This document shows positions 36,310 through 50,305 of a stretch of 64,000 nucleotides of DNA, piece by piece; positions within the stretch are counted from its first letter, which is position 1, and each line of letters starts with the position of its first letter. The notes below the pieces were generated by a model. It made no database searches. It was given only the letters and a program-made list of their open reading frames with translations, and had not been told where the DNA came from. The position numbers and the translations under genes were made by a program. The stretch covers positions 117,846-181,845 of the forward strand of contig JBNZDD010013595.1 in assembly GCA_050575255.1 (NCBI GenBank). Reading direction: 5' to 3'. This DNA comes from Harriotta raleighana. Lineage: Eukaryota.

Positions 36310-36872
36310 ACTGTTTGTGGGACACTGCTCCTCACAATCGGCTCCCGCGTTTCACCCACAAATATACAGTCAATTCACTTTACAGTATATTCTGTGAAGC
36401 ACTTTGAGACATTTAAAAGTTATGAAAAGTCGGCCTGTATGTGTATGTCTGCTTGTGTGTGTGTGGGGGGGGGGGTGGGGGGAGGGGGAGATTGTGCATG
36501 TACATAGCTTTGTGTCTATATGTATTAGTAATCCTTGCCTTTGTTGTAGCTCCTTATCAAGTCTTTGAAATGCCTCTAAGCGCTTCACAGAATATACTGT
36601 AAAGTGAATTGTCTATATTTTGTGGACAAAACACAACAGCTAATTGTGCATAGCAATGTCCCACAAACAGTCGTGGATTCCTTGACCAATTTATTATATA
36701 TTTAAAGGAATTATTAACCCTGGAAAAGTGATCTGCCAATCGACTGGATTCCTATTTACTGTTAGGTAAACAGAGACATGTTGTGTAAGGAAACTTGCCC
36801 AACATTTTGTCTCGCCAGGAATCAAACCCAGGTTGCTCGCTTGCGCGACAAGTGCTCTATCGACTGAGTTAC
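36310..36872. mobile_element. S1 SINE cluster: + fragment 36310-36430, - tail 36525-36695, - head 36787-36872
   Basis: Diagnostic S1 blocks on both strands, separated by a TG/G-rich spacer. Confidence 0.85.
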
Positions 36873-38380
36873 ATATGTTTGCTGTGTGTGGGTCTTTTGG
36901 CATGTCAATGTACATGTGGAGTAAGGGTCTGTGTGTGTTTGTGGGGGCACGGGGAAATGCTGTGTGTGTAGTATGTGTGTGTGTAAATAAATCAAGCACT
37001 AACACACAGAGTCAATTTCTGATTCAGGCTTCTTCAGCTGCCCACAGAGAGTTTAGTTTAGAGGAGCAAAGTTGGAGAGATGGTGACATTTTTTCAGCCA
37101 ATCTGTAAAGACTTCTATTGTATAAACAGATTGTTAACAGAGCTCACAACCCTAAGGGTATCTGATTTAAATAGTATCCAGTATCCCATTTAAAATTAAA
37201 TAGTGTATTATGCAGGATCTGTGTGCTGTGGATTCTGACATCTCTGTTTTAAATAAAAAAGCCTAATGAGATATGCATTGTGGAAATAAACATATTTTAC
37301 CATGAATTACATTTGTTACATTTATAGTGATTGGATCTCATTATGTTGTGTTATACAGAAGATATTTTTGTCATATTGGTCGTGTCATTGCATCCATGAA
37401 AACTGAAACCTTGCATCATTAATGTGTGTATACAGATAGTTATTTTTAATTATTCTGTTCTGCAGGATTTCTATTCTATTCTGTTTGAATCACTAGATCC
37501 TGTCTCAGTTTCACCATAGGTTCACAAAATTAGTTCATTCAAAGACTATCAAATATTATTAGATACTAGAAATGTTGTTATTATATTCACCTACAAATTA
37601 CAGTCACTAAACTTTACAGTAAATCTTGTGAAGTGCTTTGAGACAATATGATAAGATGCTGTATCAAATGCAAGAATCATTATTGTGTAAGTCCATTTTA
37701 TATAGAATATTCATCTTTGCAGCATATTGAGAATGAGACATATAAAGGCCTCTGATATCATAACAAACATTTGCAATGAGAAATGCCTTCCATAGGTTGT
37801 CAAAAATGTCATACTTACATAGATAGATCTATTGGAGTTTAAACATGAGGATTATCAATTCAAGGAACAGAGGGATGGGAAGCAGTGCTCCTGAAACTAC
37901 CTTTCACTCATCGCTCACACTCAATCTAATGCGAGACCAAGATGGATCCATATAACAATAATAATTATTGTGTTGAATACAGCATCCTAGATGAACAAAT
38001 GTTTGTTTTGTTGCAGTAAAGAACATACTGCAAAATGCATAGCTTTTATTTGCAGGATGCTGAATGATGCCTCTTTCACTGAGCAAAGCCTGCATTTCAG
38101 GATCTGATATGCTTTTTTGTTACTTCAACTCATACCTTGAGTGATTTATTCATGGGATATTGATGTCTGCAGAATTTGAATTATGAAAACCCCCAGAAAG
38201 TTTAATGTTGCTTCCATTTGCTGCTTATACATCATGGGGAATATTTTGAATAAATTGAAACAGTTGTGAGTTTTATGTCACTAAATGATTTTCACTTAAT
38301 GGGGAAGAATTCTGAACATTGCTCGAATGGGAGATAAAATATTCAACTTCCCTAGGAAGAAGACTTGTGATTTATATTGC

Positions 38381-38556
38381 AGAGACCAGAAAAAAGCACT
38401 TGTCTTTAGCCTTGCAGATAGTGCTTCTTAACCATCCGNTGTATTATTTTATTTAAGCAAATCTACAACTGTAAATGCTTTGCAAAGACAGGTGTCCACA
38501 AGAGACCAGAAAAAAGCACTTGTCTTTAGCCTTGCAGATAGTGCTTCTTAACCATC
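38381..38556. other. 56-bp exact duplication across an N join (probable assembly artefact)
   Basis: 38381-38436 equals 38501-38556; N at 38439. Confidence 0.75.
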
Positions 38557-38819
38557 GTGATGTTTTTAAGACCCAAACACACAGAAACAATAAAATTACT
38601 TTTATATACCACATTTCATGTGGGAAGGATAAGCACTTACTTTCGATTTTGTTTCCTCCATTCACTATGTACCAATTACATGCAGCAACATCCTTGGAAA
38701 CCTGCAGAGCACTGCACTTTTCCTTTTGTTTTCTTACAACTTCGAGATTTAAAATCAAATTGGGTGGAACACACTTGAGCAAACAATTGCAATTCAGAAA
38801 CATTTGCTTTTCCTATGAA

Positions 38820-39055
38820 TTATTTTAAATATTTAACATACATATTAATGTATTTCTGAACTATTTATATACAAATATATAGTACGACTATAAATATTTT
38901 TATACAATTATTTACATGTAATGGTTATAAATGATAAACTATTGATTAATTAAACAATATGTTAATTTATATTTGTATTAAATATTCATATGTATATTTA
39001 TATATCTAATAAAAACATTTATATATTTTTTAAATGAAAATATTTAAACTAAATA
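38820..39055. repeat. AT-rich low-complexity tract
   Basis: Almost entirely A/T, with tata/attt motifs. Confidence 0.8.
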
Positions 39056-40762
39056 GGGGTAATTTCAGTACAGTATATGTAAATCTCAGTACAGATGGGT
39101 TATTTATAGAACCATCTTCTGCTGAAGCTTAGGTTCTCAGGTCCACACTGATGCAAAGAATATCAATGGGTTGCATTTTGATGCTATTGGCCTTTCTTAC
39201 ATTGTATTTTTAAAAATAGAATATAATTTACATTTATATAGTGCTTTTCAGTCAAGAGGACATCTCAGCTGTTCACACAGCTGCCTGAGTACCTGAGTTT
39301 AGCTGGTGGGGGTGGGGGCTGGGGGGTGAGAGCTAGGTCTTAATGCAAACATTAAAAGTTGGGAGGGAAGAAGTGAAGCAGAAGCACTCGGGGTTGATTT
39401 CCTGAGAAAGGGAGCAGATGGCTAAAAACTTTCACATTGATGGTGGCACAGATCGGAATGCAAACACGAAGCAGGTCAGCATTTACTGAGCAATGGGGGT
39501 GGCAGAGTTGGTGGAATACTACCAGATCGCTGCAGAATACTGGAATCTTAGATCTCAGATATGGGTTGAACTGAGAGCTTGTATTATAGGTTGGAGAAGA
39601 CATATCTAAAGAGCTGTTACTGAGGTTTTGTATTAATACTCAGTGCAGAAAATAGTAGCTCATAAATTCAATTACTTTTTGAATGCTGCAAAATGTTACA
39701 CAAAGTAATAAAACTAATGTACAATTATTATTTTATGATGCCATATGGGACTGAAGGTGTATAATTGACTCTTCGTTATGCGATGGGATCGCTTGTAATT
39801 GTTTTATATGGAAAAGTGTACAAGAAAACATCAATTCAGATTTTCAGACCAGAACTTATTTTTGCAGTATATCCATTGAGAAATATAATGCAAATCTAAA
39901 GTCTGATCATTTAATTTTGTTTAACAATTTAGAATGTATTTTGTATCATAGTGTCTGTTTTATTACCACTATGCTTCAATATGACAGGATGGGTTGTAGT
40001 TATGCCCAATTTCTGTACAACAACCTTCCCCCTTATTAGACTTCTTGTCATTTGGCTCATTTTATAGTCCTTTTGTGAAGTGGGTTTTGGCTATGAAATG
40101 AGCCAGCCTTTCATGAAAGCACTGTATGCCAAGTTCAACACTAACTTCACAAACACTAACTTCATAAATTGAAAATTGTCTGAAAATAATAATTATTACA
40201 CTTTGCAATGCAATTCACATTGATAAAGCACATTTTAGTTCAGGGGACATCTCAAAGGGCTTAAATTTTTTTTAAAAATCATTATATATCATTGCAGTTA
40301 TCTCCCGGGACCAGGTCTTTCAGACCTCACGGGAGCTGCTGTAAGTCACAAATCCTCTACTAAGGTTTGATACTTGCATAAACAGGCATGGGTTAGCATT
40401 AGTGCTGCTTGGCTATCGCACCATGGAAAGATTTGCGGTGAGGAGAGGAAGTAGTTTCTTAATCCCTCCTCTCATCCTCACATAGAGGGTACACTTTGGC
40501 ACTGGTGAAATTCGACCTTTGAAGGAAACCCGAGTTCAGATATAGGTTGAAATCAGGATTCATGCAAAATGAAGATCATATAATGTTGTAGCTATCAGAA
40601 CTTCAATATTGCTGCTACTAATTCATTGAATTCAAAAGAGAGCTTGACATCATAATTAAATGGCATATTAAAGAAATTAAAAATTAGCGGTACTTGGGGC
40701 AGAATATTTCTGGTCTCCACTGCAATACATCTTCTCATTCTACAGCAGGGCACCAAGTAATA

Positions 40763-41166
40763 ATACAACAACAACAAAATTATAGAGCCCCTTTCATGTC
40801 GGGAGGATGTCCCAAGGCGCTGAACAGTCAGGGTCAGGTGGGGCAGGGTGGGGGAACGGGAAGGGAGAGAGCTGGGAGCAGGGCAGAAGGCATGATTGAA
40901 GAGTCGGGTCTTGAGACCAGCTTTGAAGCAGGCAAGGGAGGAAATGAGGTGAAGGGAATGTGTGATGGAGTTCCAGAGTGTGGGGGCAGAGAGGCTGAAA
41001 GCCCAGCCACTGATGGTAAGGCGGGTCAGGCTGGGGACAGACTGGAACCTGCTGAATGGAAGGGGCGGGCAGATAATAATAATCCTTGCATTTAATATAG
41101 TGCTTATCACGTCTTCTAAACATCTCAAAGCGCTTCACACAATATACTGTAAAGTGAATTGACTAT
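40763..41166 (-). mobile_element. L2 type A 3' end (40763-41072) abutting an S1 tail (41073-41166)
   Basis: ISGWAFSLSAPTLWNSI..FKAGLKTRLF; (aac)n tail; then aataataatccttgcatt. Confidence 0.9.
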
Positions 41167-41740
41167 AGTGACTGTGTAGGCATAAGTTGTTTTTGATGCA
41201 AGATCATCAGGATAACAATGGATGTGTACAAAATATCAAAAGTAGACCAAAATGCTTACAATTTATCAAGTGTTTTGCCTACATGGGAAGCATGGGCTCT
41301 GCAGACAGCCATGAAACAACTGTACAGAGTTTATCTTTTGAAGCGGTTAAGAATAAGATAAGATAAATCTCCATATGAAGCTCATTTCTTTACAATCAAG
41401 CGGTTAACTGTGTAAAATTAATCTTCAAAGAGTATTGACAAGCCAGCTGGTAGATCACACTACCCTCTGATGCAGAGATCTAAAGATAAGGAGAACTAAT
41501 CTTCTTCACACAAAAGGTTTGAAAATGTGGAGTTCACTGTTTCAGAAGACCGTCAAGTGAAATAAATTGATCATTGCAAAATATAAATGTGATGGTTTAT
41601 AAAAATTTGATGGCTGCATAATGTAAATATACAGTCGCTACATTTACAGTGAAGTCCTGGGAAGCACATTGATATCCTGCTGACTTGAAAGTTGTGGTAT
41701 CAAATGCAAGCATTTTTAGTATGTATTATGTTCAAGTTTA

Positions 41741-42056
41741 ATAATAATAATCCTTGCATTTGATATAGTGCTTTTCACATCTTATCGACGTCCCAAAGCG
41801 CTTCACAGAATATACTGTAAAGTGAATTGACTGTATATTTGTGGGCGGAACACGGCAGCCAATTGCGCACAGCAGTGTCCCACAAACAGTCATGGATTGA
41901 AATGACCAATTTTATTGTGTTTTTTTTGGAGGGATTATTATTAGGCATGTGGAGAAGGAAACTTGCCCAAGGTTTCGCCCTGATCTGTCTGGATTCGAAC
42001 ACAGATCTCAGGCTTGTAAGGCGAGTGCTCTAACCACTAAGCCACAGGAGCTCCAC
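41741..42056 (-). mobile_element. Family S1 SINE, best-preserved full-length copy, with TSD
   Basis: Complete head, body and tail; aagtttaataa at 41734-41744 and 42057-42067. Confidence 0.95.
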
Positions 42057-42374
42057 AAGTTTAATAACATACTTAGGAAGTAAGGGTATTAATAGGGTTC
42101 GGAGAAAATGTGCTCAAATGGAATTATAAAATGAGAAGTTTATCAATAATCTAATATAGTAATAATTCTTGAATTTCATATAGCGCTTTATCACACCAAT
42201 TAAACTTTTCAAAGCGCTGCACAATTTATTGTAAAGCCTAGTGACTGAACTTTTAGTTGGGAAGCACAACAGCCAGATGATACACAGAAATGTCCTATGA
42301 ACAGCCCTGAAGTGAATGGATAGATAAATAAATAAAATAGGATTCAGAAAGAAACTTGGAAAATGCCTTTGAAG

Positions 42375-42625
42375 CCACCAAATGGGAGGACATAGCATAT
42401 ATATGTTGGAAAAGGCAATTTCAGGACAGATATCAGGAATTTTTTTTTAACCAGTGAGTTTATTAACTACTCAAAAAGGTTACCAGGTAGAGTAGTTAAG
42501 GCCAGGATTCTGGACTCATTTAAGAAATAGCTCAATGCTGTGATGGGAGGGTGTGTGTTCTGGGAGGATGAGATCAGATGGGTCGAAAGGCCTTTTTCAT
42601 CCAGACCAATCCTGTGATCTTGTGA
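42375..42625 (+). mobile_element. CR1-clade LINE 3' end, decayed
   Basis: ggaggacatagc..ttcaggacagatatcaggaa.ttttttt..ttaccaggtagagtagtt..catttaagaaatagct (FRTDIRxFFF region); gatgggtcgaaaggcctt hairpin and cttgtga tail. Confidence 0.75.
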
Positions 42626-44404
42626 ATGCGAGGAACCAGTATATTGTTCATAATGTCATTTACAGAATGAATTAATACATAGCATCTTTGTTCCTATAGT
42701 AAATGACTCCCTGTCTTGGTGGCATTGACGCACATTGAAGCACTTGTAATTCCAGGCTTGAGATCCACTTGGAAGCTTGATGTAACTGGATAAGGCATCG
42801 CATTTCGTAGCTACACTAGTTGCTTGGCTCTTGTACAGATTGAATTGCTGTGGGACACAAAACATTCATGAATCTTAAATGCACAACTCTGGTGAGCAGC
42901 CTGTGGGGTTGTGGCAGGCCACTTGTCTTCCAGTTTTATGAATGCACTGTGCGAGTCCCAGCAGAAAAGGCTCTTATACAGTGAATCTCAATCATCCTCA
43001 GTATGTGGGGGTGGGTGGGAGTAGAGGATAAAAGAAAGGGAGAGACACGCAAGTAAACAAAAAAAATGTTGGCAGTTGAGGAGTCTCACCACTGTGGCTG
43101 CTTGTTCTGTTGTGAGATATTCTCAGCAATGTGCGGGGGAAATCCTGCAGCTCTGTTTGTTGTTTAACCAGACTTGACTGTAGAATCACAGTAGCAGTGA
43201 GGAACAAGACTAAGAAACAAGAGCAAGAAGCCGCATTTGAAGGGGAAGAAAATATTGTTGGCTCTGGTTTCAGATAATTTAGACTTTGTTTTGGCATGGT
43301 TCACTTCTCACTGAGCTGGCCAAAATTGTGAGTTAATGGCGGCTACAGAATAAACGCTGCAGTAGCGCAATATTTCTAGAGTAATTGGGAGATCCTGCAC
43401 ATCTGTCTTGTGTATAAATGTCAACATACTCTATTTTGAGAAAGTTAAAAAGGAAAAGTGTATTTCACACTACAGGTATGTGCTTTAATGATTAATTTTT
43501 TTCTAATTTCACAATGAACACAAGAAAATCAGGTGACAAAGAGCAATTTGTAGAGTACGGAATAATTTACATTCATATAGAGCCTTTCACCTCAGAGGAT
43601 GTCTCAATGCGCTTTCTGAAACTCTTTGTACCCACAAGCCGGGGGGTTGGGGTGTCCAAACAGGAGGGTGGCAGGGTAGTGTGGGAATGGGTGCAGGGAA
43701 GGGGACAAATGAACAAAAATGCAGTTAAGGCAAGTTTTAAAAGTGGGAAGCGAGGAGGCATGTCAGAGAAACTCTGTGATGGTGAGGAAGATTGGCTGGA
43801 GGAAACATAGCTCATCAAATTCAGCTAATCAATCCTGCTCTTTCCACAGTGAACAACGACTTGCATTTACATAGAACCCTTTGTAGAAGGCAGTATCTTG
43901 GAGCACTTCAATCTGATCATTGCACCCACACACCCACCACTCACCTCCAGGGGAAATTCATTGTGTGGATACTCCCTAAAGCTGAGCACCAATCAGGAAA
44001 AAGCCCTAAAATATTCTTCCATCTCCACAGCTCTGCAATGAAACCCTGGCTCCCTTCATTCCACAGGCAATACCTCTCTGCCTCTCTAATCTTCCCAAGG
44101 TCCAATAGCACCAAAATGATTGTGTCACAGGGAATATTTGTTCACTTGAGTCTGATCTGCGCCGTGGGACGTCCTCCCAACGTGAAAAGCGCTCTAGAAA
44201 TGTAATTCTGTTGTTGTTGTTATTGATCTATCTCTATGAAAGAATTTCCTGTAATATTAAAAGAAGTAGATTTTAAAATCCCACTAACGCCCAAGAGGTA
44301 TGAGATGTTGGTACCCGTAGTACTGCACTAAACAGTAAATCCTGTGAAGCTCTTTGAGATGTCCTTCCAATGTGGAAAGCTGCTGTATCAAATAATAATG
44401 ATGA

Positions 44405-44736
44405 CTTGGGACGTCCTCCCAACGTGAAAGGCACTCTAGGAATGTAATTTTGTTGTTGTTGTATTTGATATAGCGCTTTTCACGTCTTCTAGATGTCTCA
44501 AAGCACTTCTCAGAATATACTGTAAAGTGAATTGATTGTATATTTGTGAGAGAAACACAGCAGCCAAATCCACATAGCTGTGTCCCACAGACAGTCGTGG
44601 AGTGACCAATTTATTATTTTTGGAGGAGGGATTATTATTAGGCATGTGGAGTAAGAAAACTTGCCCAAAGTTTCGCCCTGCCTGAAATCGAACCCAGATC
44701 TCACGCTTACAAACCATTGAGCTATAGGACTCTCAC
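44405..44736. mobile_element. L2 type A tail (+, 44405-44461) fused tail-to-tail with an S1 SINE (-, 44462-44736)
   Basis: ttgggacgtcctcccaacgtgaaaggc..(gtt)n, then tatttgatatagcgcttttcacg..aacttgcccaaagtttcgccctg; another L2 tail at 44155-44225. Confidence 0.88.
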
Positions 44737-45498
44737 ATTTATTATTAGCAGTTCAGTTAAACTTGTGGTCCAGGTTAGTTTGCAGATTTTCACATGTGTT
44801 TTTAACTTGTTTTTGTGATTGAAAATTCTGGGTTTATCAAACTGCTGGGAATGTTTTCTGCACCCAGTTAATATCGAGTACCCCTCAATCAGCTATAGAC
44901 AATACTAAAGCAATGGTAACTTCTTTACCGTGCTAGTTTGAACTCTTTACCATGCTAGTTTGTTCTGCACTGCCCTGGCGTTGAATCAATAGTTCCCCTT
45001 TTTTAGTTTTGTGGAATTGGAATCTTCCAAGGATATGGATTGAGATCATACCACATAGGACCTGTCATAGAGAAATCTTTTGTTCTGCCAGTCAGTCAGT
45101 CAGTCACTCCTTGGAATACAAATGTCAGAAATGGATAGACCTCAGATTCACTGTACCACCTCTGGCAACCTTGCTGGTGCTTTACATCAGTTGTTGTGGA
45201 TACGGTGTTTGCGTCCAATGATGAATTTCTATTTGGGGAAATTTTGCTGCAGTTATTAATAATGATTTTTTTTTAATCCGTCAATTTTCTTCCAGCTTGC
45301 TGCTGTGATTTTATTATGTTCTTTGAAGCATATATTTTCTCCCACTGTTCTCTTTCCGCAGGCGGTTAACCCAAATGCTTGATCGTGCACTGGAGATTTG
45401 CTTTATTGGATTTTTTTTCAAATTGTGAAAGAGTGCTGTTCAGAAGTGCTGCTGCTCTGCATTATTGGCTTGTCATAGTTAAAGCAAACACTTCTTTG

Positions 45499-45806
45499 TC
45501 CTGTGGCTCAGTGAGCACTCGCCTGACATGCCAGAGACCTGGGTTCAATTCCAGCCAGGGCGAAATCTTGGGCGAGTTTCCTTACTCTACGCGCTTGATA
45601 ATAAGCCTTCAAGAAAGAAAACAATAATAAATTGGTTACTTCAAAGCACGACTGCTTGTGGGACACTGCTGTGCGCAATTGGCTGCCGCGTTTTGCCCAG
45701 AAATATACAGTCAATTCACTTTACAGTATATTCTGTGAAAGCACTTTGAGACGTCTGGAAGAAGCAAAAAATCTTTATGTCAAATGCAAGGATTATTTTT
45801 ATTATT
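45499..45806 (+). mobile_element. Family S1 SINE, full length
   Basis: ctgtggctcagtg..gggttcaattcc..gggcgaaatcttgggcgagtttccttac..tail. Confidence 0.9.
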
Positions 45807-46254
45807 CGGAAGGAGAGCGATTTTAAATATTGCTTTGTGTTGTGAGATTTTGTAAGTGGGAACAATTTATGCTTGGGAATAATAATAAAAGCTGGCCTTG
45901 TTACAAATACTATCACATGGCATTGCACAACTGCACACTGTTTTATGTTTCTGTTTGGCTACGATGCACAGTTGTTGGGTTGGCAGAAGCCGGGCTGTTT
46001 TATCCAGATTTAAAGTGTTTTCTCCATGCTTGTTCATTTTCTCTGGGTTTGCAGTTTAAATTAGTGGTCTGCTGGAATCTCTTTGGACTTTACTGAGAAT
46101 TTCTGCCAATTATTGATAAGACAACCACTTCACTCACAACGTAATTTGTGGTTCAACCAACCATCCAGCTTCAAAGTAGCGACTTTGACTAGCTCCTAGT
46201 CTGTTTCAATAAAGGCATTGATTTGACTTATGATGTCTGAATCTCCAGGTATGT

Positions 46255-46470
46255 CATTGCGTTCCCATCTCTTTTCAAATAGTGATATGAGATTGTTAAC
46301 TTCCACTTGAAAAAGCAGACAGGACTTCAGTTTAATGTATCATCAATAAGATGCAGCTCTAATAGTAGCCCTGGAGTCTCAGCCTATGAGTTCAGAATCC
46401 CGATGAGAGCTTGACTCTACAACTCTCTTGACTCAGAGACAAGAGTGCAAACAACTGAGGCAGACTGACA
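46255..46470 (-). mobile_element. Old Deu-domain SINE 5' half
   Basis: tcttttcaaatagtg..tccacttga..gtttaatgtatcatc..ctggagtctcagccta..tgactcagagacaagagtgc..aactgag. Confidence 0.65.
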
Positions 46471-48557
46471 CCTGGAGATGGCAATACAATGTACTGTAGT
46501 TACAATGTATTACAAACACCTCATTAAACATTCACCTGTTGATTTACTTTTCTGGTTGACTTTGTCAATGATACTGCACACCTAAGCGGAATTTTACAAA
46601 TCAAAGTGTCTTTTACAATACTCCAAGGATGGTCATTATTTAGAAAGATTGTAATTTTAATAAAACCTCCGTTTTTATGAGTTTTTTTGCATGTACTTAT
46701 TGTACATATTCTACTTTTACAATCCTCCAAGAAAAGCTGGTTGCTATTGATCAAAGGGCCCTTTGATTTTCACAAGAGAATAAGAGAAGCTCAGATGGAA
46801 AACAGCCTTCAGCCCATTTGACAGCTACTCCTGTTCTCACTGTAGCAGCTATTCAGACACCTCCAACCCTCATCTCCAATGTTCCAAATGCATTGTAACA
46901 ACCAATGTTAACTGGGTATGATACCATAAGCTAAATTCTACATCCATTACAACTGTGGAAAGAAAATTGTTAGATATTTGCTTCTAATACAATACTGTAG
47001 TTTCCCACAGATGCCCTAAACCATGTTTAGCCTGTAGCAAATTTAAAAGATAGTTTAAGTGTTGAAGACTTGCTACATTAGCTGTGGGCTATGTTGCTTA
47101 AGCATCTGGTACTCACAATTTGCTATCATGCAGAGGATGGATAGTGTGCAGATGCGTGGATAGAGTGAATAATTAGTATGATTTGGGTTATGTGTTCATG
47201 ACTGTGCTCATACACTCGTGCCAACTAAAAAAAGCCAAGAAACTACAATCCTTGACAGTGAGCAATGGTTGAAATAATGTTTTTCATAAGATGTACTGTA
47301 GATTATGGAAAGCAGAATCTTAGATTATGTAAGTGAAGTCACCAAAGACTCAATCAGAAATGAACAATTTAATAGTCTGCATCCCCAAATGGTCATAAAT
47401 TGAATATATTTGAATTGGTATTCAGGTGTCACTATTTGTGCTTTGACACGTTGTACCCTTGAGTATGTGAGTAAGTGTCCTTGTAGTTTTTTCTATCTAC
47501 TTTTCTTGTATTTTATCAAGAAAGAAGTATAGAAACAATTAATGTACTGTGCTCTCTACTATTTACAAACAGTTTGCAAACAATGTGCTGCACGGAAACT
47601 GTCCACTTGACTCAAGCAGTACGTCAGTGTTTATACTCCACACAAGGCTTCACCTTTTCTCACATTTTCTTTTTCTTGATGTATTCATTAAATTGTTTCA
47701 AGGATTATTTTCTAGCTAAATGTCAAATAATTCTCTAGAATATGTAATACAATTTAACCAGTATTCACATTCCGCCTTTCGTATCAGGAGGACGTTCCAA
47801 AGTGCATTCACAGTGATGGATGGGCATCCAAACTTGGAGTGAAAGCTAAGGAGGGCGAGGAGGAAAAAGATGACCAAGATTACTGTCATGTTTTGAGTCG
47901 TGCCTTGAAGGAGGAGAATCTCTGTATGAGAAATAATAAATAATTCTAGCATTTGATGCAACACATTGGATCATAATACAGGCATCTCAAAATACTATAC
48001 AGGATTGAAAGTGAAGTGTTGTTGGAGCATATTTGTAGTGAACACAGCAGGCAATTTGAACAGATGTTTTTGTACACATCAAACTTCAACTGAAGTAGTT
48101 TCTGCTACAATTACAGTATGTCTGTTTAGCAAAGTGAAATACTGTATTTCTGAAGATTTTCATCTTTGACAGAAAGGAAGCGTTCAGAAATGGAAATGAA
48201 AGTTTTCCTATCTACTGAATCCTGAACAATCAGTTGGTTTGCTAAAATGTCAATGTATCCTATATAATGATTCTCAATGATATTAAAATCGTCCTTTCAA
48301 CTACTGCATGCTGTTAAAAGTTGGAATCTTTAAAGGTATTTTATGGTAGTTTTCAACATGAATTGTGATTGTCGAAAGTGGATCGGTGACAAAACTATTT
48401 TCTTCTAAACCTGATTTCTTGGGAGTTTGGGAGGAAGGAAACTATTTTGGGGCTTCCAGGAAGCACATGTCAGGATAAGAAGGCATGTGTACTTTGGGTC
48501 TTTGTGTTGATACCATCTTAATGCAAGTGTTTCGCCCACAAATACCCACGATGCGAG

Positions 48558-48872
48558 AATAATAATAATAATAATCCTTGTATTTGATATAGCATTTTTT
48601 TACATCTTCTGGACATCTCAAAGCACTTCACAGAATATACTGTAACTGTAAAGTGAATTGACTGTATATTTGTGGATGAAATGTGGCAGCCAATTGTGCA
48701 CAGCGGTGTCCCAGCAATTGTGGATTGAAATTAGCAATTTATTTTTCTTGAGGGATTATTATCAGATATGTGCAGTAAGGAAACTTGCCCAAGCTTTTCC
48801 CCTATCTAGAATCGAACCAAGGTATCTCGCTTGTAAGGAGAGTGCTCTAAATACTGAGTTCCAAGACTTCAC
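48558..48872 (-). mobile_element. Family S1 SINE, full length, more diverged
   Basis: Tail, body and head (aatcgaacc..cttgtaagg.gagtgctctaa) are all present. Confidence 0.88.
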
Positions 48873-49954
48873 AAATATAACCTTATTACTTGGAAACAGA
48901 ATCACTTGCATTTGATTTTATGAATCAGAGAGTGAAGGAACTGCTTGGAGTTATGCTTGGAAAATCTAGTCTTCTCTGACTACCTTTAATAATAATTATA
49001 ACAGTAATAATAATAACCCTCATATTTGCTATAGTATCTGTCATTCTGGAAGGATGTCCTAAAGAACTTCAAAGGATACCGTGTGTGTTTAGTGGGCGAA
49101 TCCAGCAGCCAATTTAACAAAGAAAATGCACAAAATTTAAAGCAGGGCAGATCTTGAACTAATTTTCTCGGAATTTACCCATAAGTTTTGTTTTGCATCA
49201 ATTTTTCCCCTCCAATTTTTGCTGTATTTAATTTTAAAACGTAGAGCCAGAAAAATAGCTGAGTTATTGTTTCATAGTTGAAAAACCTTTCAAGTTCTGG
49301 ATGCTCTAAAATGCTGTGTCGAGTAAATCTGGACTCAGGTGGAATTTTTCCCAGAAGTAGATTCCAAGCCCTTTGAGTGGCATCTTAATGAGCTTCTTTT
49401 CTGGTGAGAACAAGGCATTAACTTTACTTGAACATTTCATTGCTGGAAGGAAGAAGTGACAGGTAGCAAAAAAAAATGAGAGTCTGCCTAATGTAACACA
49501 CTCTCATAAACAGTCAATTTATAACCAGCCATCTAAAGAATTTTCTTGGAAGAGTTTTGTTATCTTCAAGCAGGATATTATGTTGAAAGATATCCTGTTA
49601 ATTTATTTTTAGGCTCATATCGCAGATATAGGTGAAAATATGAATGTGATCTCTTATATGGTAAACAACCGACTTGACAGATAACCATAATTATACACAG
49701 AATTCAGCTACATCTATGAAGCATGATATTGTATCCAACAAGAAAGCTCCTTTATGGAAGAAAACAGCATGAATATTCTTAAAATGTTCTGAAGTACTGC
49801 TTCTTTCATCATATAATTTCTGCCTTCAGCAAGTTTCATTCCCTAGTTCATTTCAAATGGGAGTCTCTCCATCAGTAGTTCCTTTTATACATCAAACATT
49901 CCAATATATTGTATTTGATCTTTTATTTTTATTGCCAATTTCTATTAACCCTGT

Positions 49955-50305
49955 AAGCCAAAGCCATAATAGGCAAAGTGGTCCTAGCTGGACAAGCAGC
50001 TGGAAAGCTTGCCAGACATTGCTCGCAATGGCAATCTATTCCGTTTTAGCTGATTAGACTCCCAACAGTATCTCCAATGAACTTTGTGGTGTCTCCAATT
50101 CTTGCCAAGCTATATCTAATACTTTCTGGAATCAATTAAGCAGGATGTATCTCTCCAAGGAGAGAGTGGGCATTTCATTTCAACAATCTGTCTCTGGAAT
50201 TCCTATGTGTCGAAGAGGTGCATGGAATTCTCAGTTTGGGTTGGATACTCTTTAAGTATGGTGATGGGTTTGCACATTTGTCAGATGCCCAGCTGATCCC
50301 CCCTA
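49955..50305 (+). repeat. Unclassified repeat family X, longest copy
   Basis: Contains both the 4830-like and the 16440/59335-like segments. Confidence 0.7.
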
